A stretch of DNA of 63,264 nucleotides, the filler included, from Octopus bimaculoides (lineage: Eukaryota), in the NCBI RefSeq assembly GCF_001194135.2. It is 3 parts of 3 records of this genome, joined end to end, with 100 filler letters (N's around TTAATTAATTAA, not from the genome) between each part and the next. Parts side by side here need not be neighbours in the genome. Positions count along the whole stretch, not along the records: positions 40,473 to 63,264 come from NC_068986.1; 2 more parts are not named here. One strand, given 5' to 3'. The notes beneath the pieces are model-generated. The model ran no database searches and was not told the DNA's origin. It worked only from the letters and a program-made list of their open reading frames with translations. Positions 51,009-63,264 of the stretch are shown here, piece by piece (the stretch's first letter is position 1; each line of letters opens with the position of its first letter). The position numbers and the translations under genes were made by a program.

Positions 51009-51822
51009 AGTTGCAGTTGGTATTAACTAGCATTGCTGCAACTATATTGTAGAAACGATACATATATTGAATATTGATTTAAAGACAAAATAACTAACAG
51101 CTACTTTTGAAGAGAAAGAATGTGGAATTGAAACACTTGTCCTACCTCACAATAATAATAAGGTCACAGGCTGTTCTTATTTATTACTCCTCCCAGCAAA
51201 CGAATGAATAAAATTAGAATTTACAGCTATGAAATTTTGAAGTATATATAATTTTGAAAGATACACCAAAAAATACAATATTTTCAGTTCTATATTTAAC
51301 TACTATCGCCCTCCTGTGCAGCCCTAAAATAACTAGCATTATTTCTTGTTTCTTTCCGATCATAGGTTTACTTATTAAAGGTTGATACACCGCTAAAACC
51401 GCAAGCTAACACCTTAAAATTGAAGTATGCACTCGGTAGTGTAGTCCTAGATACATTGTCTCATATAATCCCTTCATATTCTACGCTAAACTGTCCCTTG
51501 GTATATAAACCATGATCAAAATCATTCCAGTTCTGATTATATAGTTTCTAATTGAAGCAATGCAGCTTGGATTAAACTATTCAGTGTACCATTTCCTTTC
51601 TCAAACGGTATAGCTGACCCCTAATTCAGCAAGTAGAACAAACAAGTTGTGACTCTCTTGTTAACTCCAAGATTCAGTATTTTATTTAAGTATACTGTAG
51701 TGTAATATAAAATATTTAAGTATATAACGTAGTGTAATATAATATGCAGTCTTACGATGACGTACCCCCATAGAACTGCATTTCTATCATTTCTCATTCT
51801 TTTACTTTCTCTTTTCTATTTT

Positions 51823-51858
51823 TCTTCTGATGAAAGACAAGTGTCTGAAGCGTCAAGA
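51823..51858 (+). ncRNA. Degenerate minimal type-I hammerhead motif in a family R copy
   Basis: TCTT-CTGATGA-A-AGAC-AAGT-GTCT-GAAG-C-GTC-AAGA (GAAA changed to GAAG). Followed by AGCGCTAAACTAATACAT, matching 17875-17890. Confidence 0.6.
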
Positions 51859-52610
51859 TTCCTTCCCCTTTTTATAAGCGCTAAACTAATACATTTGCTA
51901 AAACTAATTCCTCCCTTGTATTTNNNNNNNNNNNNNNNNNNNNNNNNNNNNNNNNNNNNNNNNNNNNNNNNNNNNNNNNNNNNNNNNNNNNNNNNNNNNN
52001 NNNNNNNNNNNNNNNNNNNNNNNNNNNNNNNNNNNNNNNNNNNNNNNNNNNNNNNNNNNNNNNNNNNNNNNNNNNNNNNNNNNNNNNNNNNNNNNNNNNN
52101 NNNNNNNNNNNNNNNNNNNNNNNNNNNNNNNNNNNNNNNNNNNNNNNNNNNNNNNNNNNNNNNNNNNNNNNNNNNNNNNNNNNNNNNNNNNNNNNNNNNN
52201 NNNNNNNNNNNNNNNNNNNNNNNNNNNNNNNNNNNNNNNNNNNNNNNNNNNNNNNNNNNNNNNNNNNNNNNNNNNNNNNNNNNNNNNNNNNNNNNNNNNN
52301 NNNNNNNNNNNNNNNNNNNNNNNNNNNNNNNNNNNNNNNNNNNNNNNNNNNNNNNNNNNNNNNNNNNNNNNNNNNNNNNNNNNNNNNNNNNNNNNNNNNN
52401 NNNNNNNNNNNNNNNNNNNNNNNNNNNNNNNNNNNNNNNNNNATTTGTGATATACGTGTAACTCTATACTTATTGGTAGTAGCTTTGTGTATTTATAAAT
52501 AGATAATCGGTTTATGTTGCTTAGAAAAAATCAAATCAAATCATTGATATAAATTATTTGATCTGCAATATTTCTGATATTTCTGCTTGTATGTTGCACA
52601 CTCACACACA

Positions 52611-52675
<65 letters not shown>

Positions 52676-53719
52676 GTATACACGTGCGCATGTATGTTAG
52701 AGTATATGCATGAATATGTATACATATATGCACAATTTTTGCATGTATATGCATACGTATAAGTACATGAATATGAATAAAAACGTAATATGCAAGAACG
52801 CAGACATATATACACAAACATATACCTTCGTGTATGTATAAATACACGAAAGTATAAACCTTATTCGCAAAGTGTATTTATGACATGCAATTGAATAGCG
52901 AAACTTTGTAGCATTTAAATTTCAAACAGACGAATTACGATGTGATTTATGGCGTTCACATAATGATACGATAGACTTAGGTATGTTTTATATTTGTAAG
53001 ATTACGTTGCAAATTGAGAAGGCAGGCAGTTTGTGTTAGCTTAATTATAATATTCGAATCAATATCTAGCAATCGTTCTGACATTTAAATTACTGTTATG
53101 ATCCCTTTTTTAATTTTTTATTTCTTATCTTTGTTGGTGAAGTATCAAGACTTTTTCGTCTTTGAATCACACAGTTTGTTTGGATGTTCAAAGAAGAAAT
53201 GTTATCTTTTTTTATCTACAAGTCGAAAGAAATTGGATGATATGAAATATTGGTTTCAAATTTTGACACAAGGTCAGCGGATGATGTACAATATAGAAAA
53301 ATGATGTTGATAACCAAAGGAGTACAGCTTTTAACTAACACAAATATGGGATAGTAGCTTTGCAATATATTTATGGGTTTCTTTTTAGGACTTAGTCTTT
53401 TGGCCAAAGGGCAGTATTTAGTATCTTTAGAGTAGCATGTGATGTTAACGAGGAAAAAGGTCCCCCGCCCCCAAAATCCCCACATATTTGAGTCGTGAAG
53501 CAGGAAGAAGTAACACAGCAAGAGGTAGCGTAGCAAAATCTAAAGTTATATCTTGTGAGAGCCTAGACAGAATAGATCACCTGTAATGGATTTTGCTAAA
53601 GTAAAATAGAGGTAAGAGAAAATGAGATTGATAAAGTCTACCAGCCTGCCATAAACTTGTTTGACTCTTTGACTCATAGCCATTCTAGCATACACTCATA
53701 AAAGAAAAGGCATATAGGC

Positions 53720-53914
53720 TGGACCGCTGAACTCTACATATTTTTTTTTCATTCTCTCTGTCTGTTTCCTTTTATTCCCTTCAAATAAAGATCGTAGGCT
53801 CGAAACGTAAAAGACTTTTTCATCTCTCCTGAGCATCAAACTGATATACTTACTTGTTATTTAGACACCAGTCTTCGTCTTTTGTTTTTCTATAAATTTC
53901 AACTATATATATAC

Positions 53915-53960
<46 letters not shown>

Positions 53961-54130
53961 NNNNNNNNNNTGTCTGTTTCCTTTTATTCCCTTCAAATAA
54001 AGATCGTAGGCTCGAAACGTAAAAGACTTTTTCATCTCTCCTGAGCATCAAACTGATATACTTACTTGTTATTTAGACACCAGTCTTCGTCTTTTGTTTT
54101 TCTATAAATTTCAACTATATATATACATAT
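53720..54130 (+). mobile_element. Family R copy, duplicated across a 10-N gap
   Basis: GATCGTAGGCTCGAAACGTAAAAGAC hammerhead 3' half. 53759-53917 is repeated at 53971-54130. Confidence 0.7.
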
Positions 54131-55434
54131 GCATAAACTCCCAAATTTTAGTCATTTTTTATGATCCCAAACTAGGTCAAATGTACTGAATGGATCTTTA
54201 TGAAATTTAGTAATTATATTCTATGCATAAGAGTCATAACCCCCATGGAAATTCATATATTTTTGCTGTTGATGAGATTTTAACCATAGATATTAGACAC
54301 AAATGAAGTAATATTTCTAAAATTTCATCTTCTTGGAAGTTAGAAAGACCTCTACTTGGGTACTTAACACCCACAATTTAGTCATTTTATCTAAGCAAAG
54401 ACGAATACAGCTGTACTCTTGGAAGCTGTAGGGTCACCCCAGCACAAAAGATGAGCGTTATTTATGATTCAGTGGTACAACGGTGTAAGGGTTTGCTTTG
54501 AGATATACTTACATTGTGATTTCTGCTATGTGGTGCATAAATTGTCAGGTAAATGAGAAGCATCCTTGCATCCACTGATTCAGTTGCAAAGTGTTCAGTA
54601 AATTTATTTCCTTGCAGACCTCCTTTGAGTCTTTTTTATTATCACTGGGTCACACATAGTTCCCAGGTGGTAACATTGATTTCAAGGCCTTCCCAGATGA
54701 GTGACTGGTTATTCAAACACATTTATAGATGGTAAATTTATTCTGTACAGTTACCTATCGGCATAGTAGTCAGTTACAAACTCCAGAGGTGACACTTTCA
54801 TTTTCCCTTAGCCCTCACGTCGCACAGTTGTTAATGTTTATTTCAGTTAGGTCACGCCCTTCCAATTGCTATAGATCCGTAATGCATCTTGCGGCTATGC
54901 CTGTCTCTCCTATGGTGAGGAATTCTACATTGGGTAGCAGTAACGACTAGGGTAGGGTAGCTGACTGTTTATTCTGATCATTCGTCTTTTGGTTTTCTGT
55001 AGCTTTGTTCTCTTTTACAAACCCAGTGAACATACATATATTTCCTATTTCAAAGAAATTCGAACAATAGATATAACACCCAAGTCAAAAAGATTCTCAA
55101 CAATTCAACTCTCTGGTTGACATTAAGACACCCACCCTCCAATAGGGGCCTTAACACCGACATTTTAGAGCCCCATGACCTCCATTTTTCAGGAGCAAAA
55201 TTCTTTTAACAGGTTCCATAACACTGGAATTTTGGAATCTGCGTATAAATATCAGTAGGATGGGATACATGTGTCATGATCAGATTTTTTACGGTGTGTA
55301 AAGAGGTAAAGAACCCTCATCTGCAATTTTTACTAAGTTCGAATCATAGGTATTCCAGTTCATTATAGAAAATATAACAGAAAAGTCTAATTCTTCCATT
55401 CCATGTAACACGGGCAACGCCAGGTATCTCTGCT

Positions 55435-55518
<84 letters not shown>

Positions 55519-56156
55519 TACACATATAGATATATACATATACACATATATGTATACATGCATGCACACACAGACACCAACACACACATAAGTACATGAA
55601 CACATACATGCACACATACACACACATATGTAGTGTTAATAATCGGCAGAAGTTACAGAATTACTCAATAGCGCAAGGGCTACATGTGTTGGCCCTTATC
55701 AAACCGGTTTTAAATCATGGGGTTTTATATATTGGTGATAATGATACTTTTATGGATTGTTCTAGAACAAATTATAAAAGCAGCTACAATGTCACGAGAA
55801 ACATAATGGATATTTTTCAAATGGTTTGCTCGTAACGCGATTAAATTGTGAATAAATAAATAAATAAATAAATAAAACAAATTAGAAAATTTTCAAATGT
55901 CTGCATACATATACATACATACTTGAGACTGCCGGTAAATATGTATGCATGCAAGAACAGTGTGTACATGAATACAAACGTACTCAGGCGTGCATATTCA
56001 TACATTCATACAAACACATACCTATAGTTCTGTAGAAATATAAAAAAAATTAAATATGTAAATCCGTGTGTATGTAAAGTTTTTGTATTCCCAATATGGA
56101 AAATCCCCAAAGATTTAGCAATGCGATGTAGCAATGGACTGCTGACCGTGCTTGCA

Positions 56157-56235
56157 TATAAAGAACGACAGAAATGAAAGACTTCAATAATAAATATAAC
56201 AACTTCAATAGAAATTGAAAATCAATGAGGTAAGC
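56157..56235 (+). promoter_or_regulatory. TATA-Inr promoter and short non-coding first exon
   Basis: TATAAA at 56157-56162, Inr-like TTCAAT with A at 56186 (29 nt downstream), donor AG|GTAAGC at 56230. Confidence 0.5.
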
Positions 56236-56296
56236 TATCGGTTAAGAAAGGATAGTGAAATATATACCAACATAATGAATAATAAATTAATATGTA

Positions 56297-56374
<78 letters not shown>

Positions 56375-56395
56375 CATACATACATACATACATGT

Positions 56396-56427
<32 letters not shown>

Positions 56428-56644
56428 CGTTATTAAATCATAAATCGCCAAAAGAAGCACACTTTAAATTATACATCAGTAAAATCTATAGATAAAAATA
56501 GATATGGCCGATCTATGGGTTACCCGGGGTTTCACGTCTATAATGCCGTTAGCTTTACAGCGTTTCTTCAGATCCCAAACCCTTTGGCTTATGACATCTC
56601 TAGCAAGTGGCCTCTCTAGAAAATGGAGGAGGAAAAGACTCCGT

Positions 56645-56940
56645 TACTGTCAACAAGGGATTGTCTCCCTTTGATCAGTATTTGTAATTGACCCTGTTGG
56701 TGTGTAGATCCCATGAAGCCAGAAGGAATTTCCTAAAGTGCAAGCAGAGTCTGAAGTGAGTATATATTCCCTACCTGGACGGAGCACCAGTCCATCGCAG
56801 AATAATTCACTTTTGCCAGTATAGTAAACTGGAAAAATGTAAACTGATGTGTTTTGCTGAAGAATACAACGCGTCGACCGGTCCAGGATTGAAACCACAA
56901 TCTTACAATCTTGAGTCCAATATCCTAACCACTAAGCCAA
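56645..56940 (-). mobile_element. tRNA-headed SINE related to S3
   Basis: TGGCTTAGTGGTTAGG A box, GGTTTCAATCC B box, then a CTGCGATGGACTGG..CCGTCCAGG domain. Confidence 0.75.
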
Positions 56941-57096
56941 GCACCTCGACCACACACACATATATTAATACCTATGGAAAAATTAGACAGATGTAATATG
57001 ACCTTTTTTCCCTTACATATATATGGCTATAAAAGTTTCATTTTTCCTGAGGAATTGATATAATCTCGCTTAATTTCATTTATCTTTATTGTTTAG

Positions 57097-57187
57097 CTGC
57101 AGTGTCAATCTTTGTCTCCTGTGCTAGACAACAAAAGTTAAATAGCAAGATGAAAGGATTTCAGCAATATTTTATCATTTCCTTGAG
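57097..57187 (+). CDS. Exon 2 of predicted secreted protein (ATG 57150; MKGFQQYFIISL)
   Basis: Pyrimidine-rich TTGTTTAG acceptor, AAG-ATG context, donor AG|GTAATT in phase 2. Confidence 0.5.
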
Positions 57188-57867
57188 GTAATTCTAACTT
57201 TATATATCTGCATATAAATGCATGAAGAAAAGAGAAACCAATACTTCTGATTAATTTGCTATAAATATTAATAAATGTGTGTATGCGTGTGTGTCTGTGT
57301 GTATCGTATTACATAAGATACTCATATATGCATTGATATTTGTCGGTATCAAGCAGCTTAGAAAAGAAAGATTATGAACACAAATTAGCAAGGAAGTGTT
57401 ACGATTGACAAGCAAGTTCCTAGATTTTACCTATTGTTCTCCAATTTCCAGATTATGATTGTACAGCGATACGCATGGCAGAGCAAATTGCCGTCTTATC
57501 TATCCACAAATATCTGCACTTATGATATTTCTGAGATGTTGTTGATGGTTTTTTTATGAATGTTTTTGTTCTTTATTCTGGCTCGAATATTTTCAAGGCT
57601 TCCATTTGTGCTTAACAATTGCTGGTTATATATTAGCAAGCAATGAGTATTGTGAATATTGTCTGCTCTAATTGATGGTGTGAATTATTAACAGTGTCAT
57701 TAACTATGTATTTTCAGTAACGAGCGTAGGCAATTAAATCCATAAGTTTTCTATGCATTTCTACTCTACTATTTATATTTTTTAAAATGTTGTTTTTTTT
57801 ATTATTCTTTTATTCCGTGTGTGTATCTGTAGATTATATATATGTATATGCGCGCGCGCGTGTTTGT

Positions 57868-57914
<47 letters not shown>

Positions 57915-58524
57915 TATGTATATATATGTGTATATGTATCTACGAATCGATGTATGCATGTAGATACATACGTATCTATGTATGTGTATATATATATATA
58001 TTTATATGTGTGTGTATGTGTAGGTATGCGTGTGTGTGTGTGTGTGTGTGTGTATAAATATATATGCATGCATATATATACATTGACATGTATAAATGTT
58101 CTTATGCCTGTGTATATATATACCATATGTGCTTCTATAGATGTGTATGTGTGTGTGTGTGTGTGTATTGCATCAATCACTTTCCCTTCTGCTGTTGTTA
58201 TTTATTTATTTATTCAATGGATCTCTGTCTCCTGTTATGATTTTTACATGTAATTTGACACCTATTCACACAATGATCTCCCTCAAGATCGGTTTTCTTT
58301 TATTTATTTTCGTCTTATTTATCTATAACAGAACACCACCTTTCCGTTAAGTACCCGTTATATTTACCAACCCATTTAGCATTATACGTTGAATCGTGCT
58401 TTATACATTGTAAGTATATTAAGTATTAAAACATCTGACATTATGAAAAATTAACAAAATTTCCAGCGCTTACTTTTACGCATTTTACAGTATGTATATC
58501 TCCTTCCTTCCTTCTGTCTGTCTA

Positions 58525-58587
<63 letters not shown>

Positions 58588-58723
58588 NNNNNNNNNNNNN
58601 NNNNNNNNNNNNNNNNNNNNNNNNNNNNNNNNNNNNNNNNNNNNNNNNNNNNNNNNNNNNNNNNNNNNNNNNNNNNNNNNNNNNNNNNNNNNNNNNNNNN
58701 NNNNNNNNNNNNNNNNNNNNNNN

Positions 58724-58754
<31 letters not shown>

Positions 58755-59058
58755 ACACGCCGTCAGGCACATACACTTACGTATGCAGACGTGTGTGTAC
58801 GCGTGTGTATTTGTACGTATGAATGTATGCATGTATGTATACATGCATGCATGTTTCTATGTATGCATGTTTGTATGTATGTATGTATGCATGTGTATCG
58901 CATCTGTGATGCATATTATCACTCCTCACAAGCCAATTCAACAGAGACAAATTTCTCTTGCGGAAACAATAATGCATGTTCATTCGATCAGCCATGAAAC
59001 GCAAAGACAATTACATATCAGGCAAAATCAGCTTAGCTAAACAGAACATATTTTATAG

Positions 59059-59086
59059 CGTGATTATTATACTGGCATGTAGTAAT
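59059..59086 (+). CDS. Exon 3 (28-nt micro-exon; S-VIIILACSN)
   Basis: TTTTATAG acceptor and GTAAGT donor; phase 2 in, phase 0 out; completes a signal peptide. Confidence 0.5.
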
Positions 59087-60593
59087 GTAAGTTCAGCTGA
59101 CGTCATTTCAGTCTTATGCCATACCTCAACCACAGAGAAAGTAAAAACACTGCATTATCGAATTACGTCTAGCACTTAAAACACATTGCAATGATTTTGA
59201 CGTTAAATAGAAAATTCTTATCAGAAACATGTGTTGCTTTTATGGATCTAATACGTAAAGTTCCTGTACAACTTAGGAATTAGCAAAGCTTGGATAACAT
59301 CATCGATGTCGATAATTACTGAAACTCAACTATGGAACTTTTACTAAGTACCTCCACTTTCACAAGTCTCTACGATATTGGAAATGAACATCATGTACTC
59401 CCTATTTAATCATGTGTTGTAATATTTACCAACACTGTTATTCAAAGCCCCTGCCTCATTTTCTCTATATCTACGCGCATTTTTTCAAATCTTTCTCCGA
59501 CAAAATTGTTTATCCAAGGTTTCTGATTTCTTAACACCCTACACAGATCTGTCACGAGGGTTTAATAGAGCCGCACACCTTGTACCAACTAAGGGTCTGA
59601 CTACAGAAATTCGTAGTTCCCACAAATTTATGACTTTGTATACCTTCGCAATAGGTCGCTGGTCATATACTTTCTATTCTCTGACGATTTATTTTATTCT
59701 GTCCATTTATTAATAACGATGTGTTGTATGATATTATACGCATATTTATATAAATATGCGTGTATGTGTGTGCGCGTGTGCATTTATATANNNNNNNNNN
59801 NNNNNNNNNNNNNNNNNNNNNNNNNNNNNNNNNNNNNNNNNNNNNNNNNNNNNNNNNNNNNNNNNNNNNNNNNNNNNNNNNNNNNATATATACTTTATTT
59901 AAAAGCACCAGAAATATAACAAAAGATTGTTACTCTGAGTTTCACGTTCCCGTTCATCGGACAGTTTTGTTAGAAATGGGGAAGGAATAACAATGCAATC
60001 GAAAGTAATATAAAATTTAAAACACATGGATTCGTTAGATTGGTCGTTTCAAATAACGGTCATGGATGCGTAATGAACAAACCAAATAAATCTAATGTAG
60101 ATTCATCCTATTTAAAAAAATATCGAAGAAAACCTTAAATAGAAAAATGGGCTCAAAATACATATTGTAAATAATTAATTATATTCGAATTATCACATTA
60201 AAATCAAATCAAATAAAATAAGTATACGCTGCATTCAAAATAAAATAAAATAATATTACAATAGCATATATGTATACAAGGCTATCCACAACATATATAT
60301 ATCTATATATATACATATACATCGAAATACACAAATGCATACGCACAGACAATCTACATATATAGGCATATATTTACAAGGAACAGATATATACATGAAT
60401 ACAAATTTACACACATATACACACACACGCATTTAAATTTGCGCGTGAAAAAACCTATGCGCTGGTAACAAAAATTGTATCTTAAGCTATGGAGTGGAAG
60501 GGTAAAGAGTAACGTATCTATAATAATGTTAATAATATAGAAAAGGGGGTGGTGGGGGAATATGGTTGTCATGAGGAAGGAAAGGATACACAC

Positions 60594-60631
<38 letters not shown>

Positions 60632-60959
60632 NNNNNNNNNNATATATATATATATATATATATACACATACATATATATACATATATACATGTATATGTA
60701 TATAGAAGAGAGAGTGAGAACGAGAGAGAAAGATAGGTCAACGTGTGTTTCCTTGCATATTGTCTTCTTTTTTATTGACTGCATGTTATCTCCGCTATTT
60801 CCTCATTTATGTGCCACAAACAAAAATATATCTATTATATGTTGTTCACAAGAAGAGGAAATGATTTTATTATCATTATCCTTATCATTAATGTCGTTGT
60901 TGTTGTTGTTGTTGTTAATATTAAATCGAAATAAATGAATCCATTATATACCCGCTACT

Positions 60960-61369
60960 TTCTTTTCAGTCTCTTTGCTTTCTTCGTTTCCAGATTTCCT
61001 TCTCTAACTATCACCATCTCTCTATCTTTATCTCTTTTTCTCACCTACCTCTCTCTCTCTTTCTGTTTCTCCTTCTTGTTCTGACGCCTTCATTTTGGCC
61101 TCTCTCTATCTCTTTTTCTCTCTCTGTCTCTCCATCTCTCTCTCTCTCTCTCTCTTTTTATCTCAGACGATCTTACTGTTATTCGTTCCTTTCACTCCCC
61201 TTTTCCTTCTACCTTTCATTCTTCTCCTTTGTTCGCTATATTCACCCTATACGTTATCCGTTCATTATTTATTTTGTTGTCTTTTCCCACTCAGGCTCTT
61301 TTCCCCATGTTTCTCATTCTTCTCTCTCTTTCTTCCTCTCTTTCTTTCTCTCTCCCTTCCTCTCTTTCC

Positions 61370-61422
<53 letters not shown>

Positions 61423-61800
61423 CAAATTATATCCTTCTCATCTTTCCACCTTCAGATTTTTCGCTTTCTTTCTTCCTTTCTCACATAGAGAGTGTTTCTT
61501 TTCCTTTTCCACTCCCGCTTTCACGTTTCTCTCTATCTTTTCTTTGCCATTTTTCTCTTGCGTACATTTTTGCTCTCATTCTATCTTTCTCTTTCTCTAT
61601 CTCCCTTTTTCTCTCTCTCCTTATTTCTCTCTCTCCGTTTCTCCCTCTTTATCTCTCTCTCCCCATGTCTTTCTGACAGTTTTTTTGTCCCTCCTACTCT
61701 ATCTCATTGTTTTCTCATCTCTTTCTTTGTTTCTCTCTCACACTCTCTCACACACTCTCTTTCTTTCCCTGTCTCTCTTTTTATCTCTCCTTCACTCACC
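60960..61800. repeat. About 840-bp degenerate (CT)-rich polypyrimidine tract
   Basis: Direct reading; source of the L/S/F pseudo-ORFs. Confidence 0.9.
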
Positions 61801-61841
61801 ATTACTCCTATATATTGTAAAATACTTCACATTTTACACAG

Positions 61842-62144
61842 CACTCAGTCATTGGCGATGAACCAAGCAAAATCCACTGTGGCTTACGTATTAACACGGA
61901 CAACATTTTAAAATCCCACGACGAAAACTATAATTTTCTCTGCTCGGATGAATTCGCGATTCTGAAATCTCTATTGTTTGCAATACCATGGGTATATCCT
62001 TGTGATATTTTAAAACACTTGATATCAGTAAATTTATTACATATGCTACGAGACATTAAGTCCCTGTATGATAAAACATTGCCGTGTATTCAAATGACTA
62101 TTATACGATATGAATATCTGCTGGCCTGTTCAAACAAAAAGTAA
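61842..62144 (+). CDS. Exon 4 (terminal, 100 codons) of predicted secreted orphan protein
   Basis: TTTTACACAG acceptor; phase-0 frame open for 100 codons to TAA, with an in-frame stop just upstream of the acceptor (61818); AATAAA at 62412. Confidence 0.6.
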   Translation, partial: HSVIGDEPSKIHCGLRINTDNILKSHDENYNFLCSDEFAILKSLLFAIPWVYPCDILKHLISVNLLHMLRDIKSLYDKTLPCIQMTIIRYEYLLACSNKK

Positions 62145-62764
62145 TTGAATGCTTCCGGTGCGTCGAGTTTGTGACACAGGTTCAATTCTCAGTTCAACCA
62201 GTTCTTCTACAATTTTCCTCTGTGTCTGTAATTTCCATATGCCCGTAGCCTTTAAATACAAAGGAGTTTTTAAACTTTGTTCTATTGATTTCTGCATATG
62301 AAAGAAGTCTCCGGTAAACCGAGTACACCGCATGGTTGCCTTTCATGTTACGAGGTATTTACTTTCTTTGCATCTACAGATATTTGTGAAAGCGTATGAA
62401 CTGTATGGAGCAATAAAAATATTTCCTGATTTCCGACTCCGTAATCCAGTTAGACGTTCGGAAAATAAAATCTATTTATTATCATAACGGAGTCGGTTGA
62501 TATTGAAAAAGTATAACATAAACCTTCCAAAACCTTCCTTTGTAATTAATTTGTAAGACACCATAGGAAGCTTACAATAAATATGCGCAGTAAGAAATAG
62601 AGAAAGAAAAGGTAAAAACAGAGATATAGAAAGAAACCAAAAAATACTGTCGAAGAGAGAGAATGCGAGAAAGAAGTACGACAGAGAGAGAATATATATG
62701 TGTGTGTGTGTTTATGTGTGTAAGGGGGTGTGATCAGATGCGTTGACGTGCAACAATTGAACTA

Positions 62765-63264
62765 CATTATTTACATTTGACGGATATTTGTCCTAATCTT
62801 GTTTGTTGTTACTATTATTATATTATTATTAATCACGTCACTGCCGTGAATCGAACTCGGAATCTTGGGGTTAGTAGCCTGCACTTTTAACCACTGCGCC
62901 ATATGCCCGTGGGCAATTATGGACTGAATTTTAGGGCTTACAAATCTATTATTTTTCTATCCTTCCTCAATACCGGTTCCCATATGCTATTCATATCTGC
63001 ACTCGGTCTGCTTAGGAGGTTGTTGTGTCCTAGCATATGTGCTGCTTCTTTTAGTTTTCGTATTTTCCAGTGTTGTTCCCTGTCTATTACTTTAACTTCA
63101 TCCCACAGGGGGAGGTGGTCTCCATTTTGCCATACATGATCAGCTATACCCGATTTATCAATATCTCCTCGTGTCACAGCTTTGCGATGTTCTTCTATCC
63201 TTATTTTGAGGGGGCGACATGTTTCGCCTTTGTATAACCTACCACAGCTGCATGGGATGGAGTA
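62765..63264 (-). mobile_element. Second Penelope-like copy (GIY-YIG end plus 3' module; runs off the window)
   Basis: SCCGRLYKGET...DKSGIADHVWQNGDHLPLWDEVKVIDREQHWKIRKLKEAAHM...*, nearly identical to 31250-31563. A box TGGCGCAGTGG (62901-62891) and B box GTTCGATTC (62856-62848). Confidence 0.92.

Noticed and set aside
54549-54950. Mini-intron/exon-like pattern on the plus strand
   Set aside because: The minus strand shows RTE-like terminal motifs (GLEINVTTWE...QRRSARK); more likely an old LINE.
55725-55805. Short hydrophobic ORF MGFYILVIMILLWIVLEQIIKAATMSRET
   Set aside because: Only 29 codons with no splice or promoter support; expected by chance in AT-rich DNA.

Overview
AT-rich, microsatellite-saturated eukaryotic draft-assembly DNA with many N gaps. 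The repeat content is most consistent with a coleoid cephalopod, probably Octopus (inference; no search run). There are no prokaryotic genes, CRISPR arrays or rRNA, and no gene I can name. Almost all entries in the ORF track are microsatellite or gap artefacts. Supportable content: (1) three abundant tRNA-headed SINE families; (2) remnants of Penelope-like (RT plus GIY-YIG), Dong/R4-type (RLE), RTE and Tx1/L1-like retroelements, plus mariner derivatives; (3) a family of short non-coding repeats carrying minimal type-I hammerhead ribozyme motifs (retrozyme-like); (4) two Penelope-like copies sharing a 3' module made of a tRNA-like Pol III promoter, an (AAT)n tract and a common terminus, with a possible hammerhead remnant in one copy; (5) a hand-assembled 4-exon plus-strand gene (56157-62417) predicting a 122-aa secreted orphan protein, invisible to the ORF track; (6) a diverged tandem pair of disabled signal-peptide ORFs (14.4-15.55 kb); (7) weaker exon and promoter candidates and a large foldback element. 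All gene models were read by eye and need transcript support.
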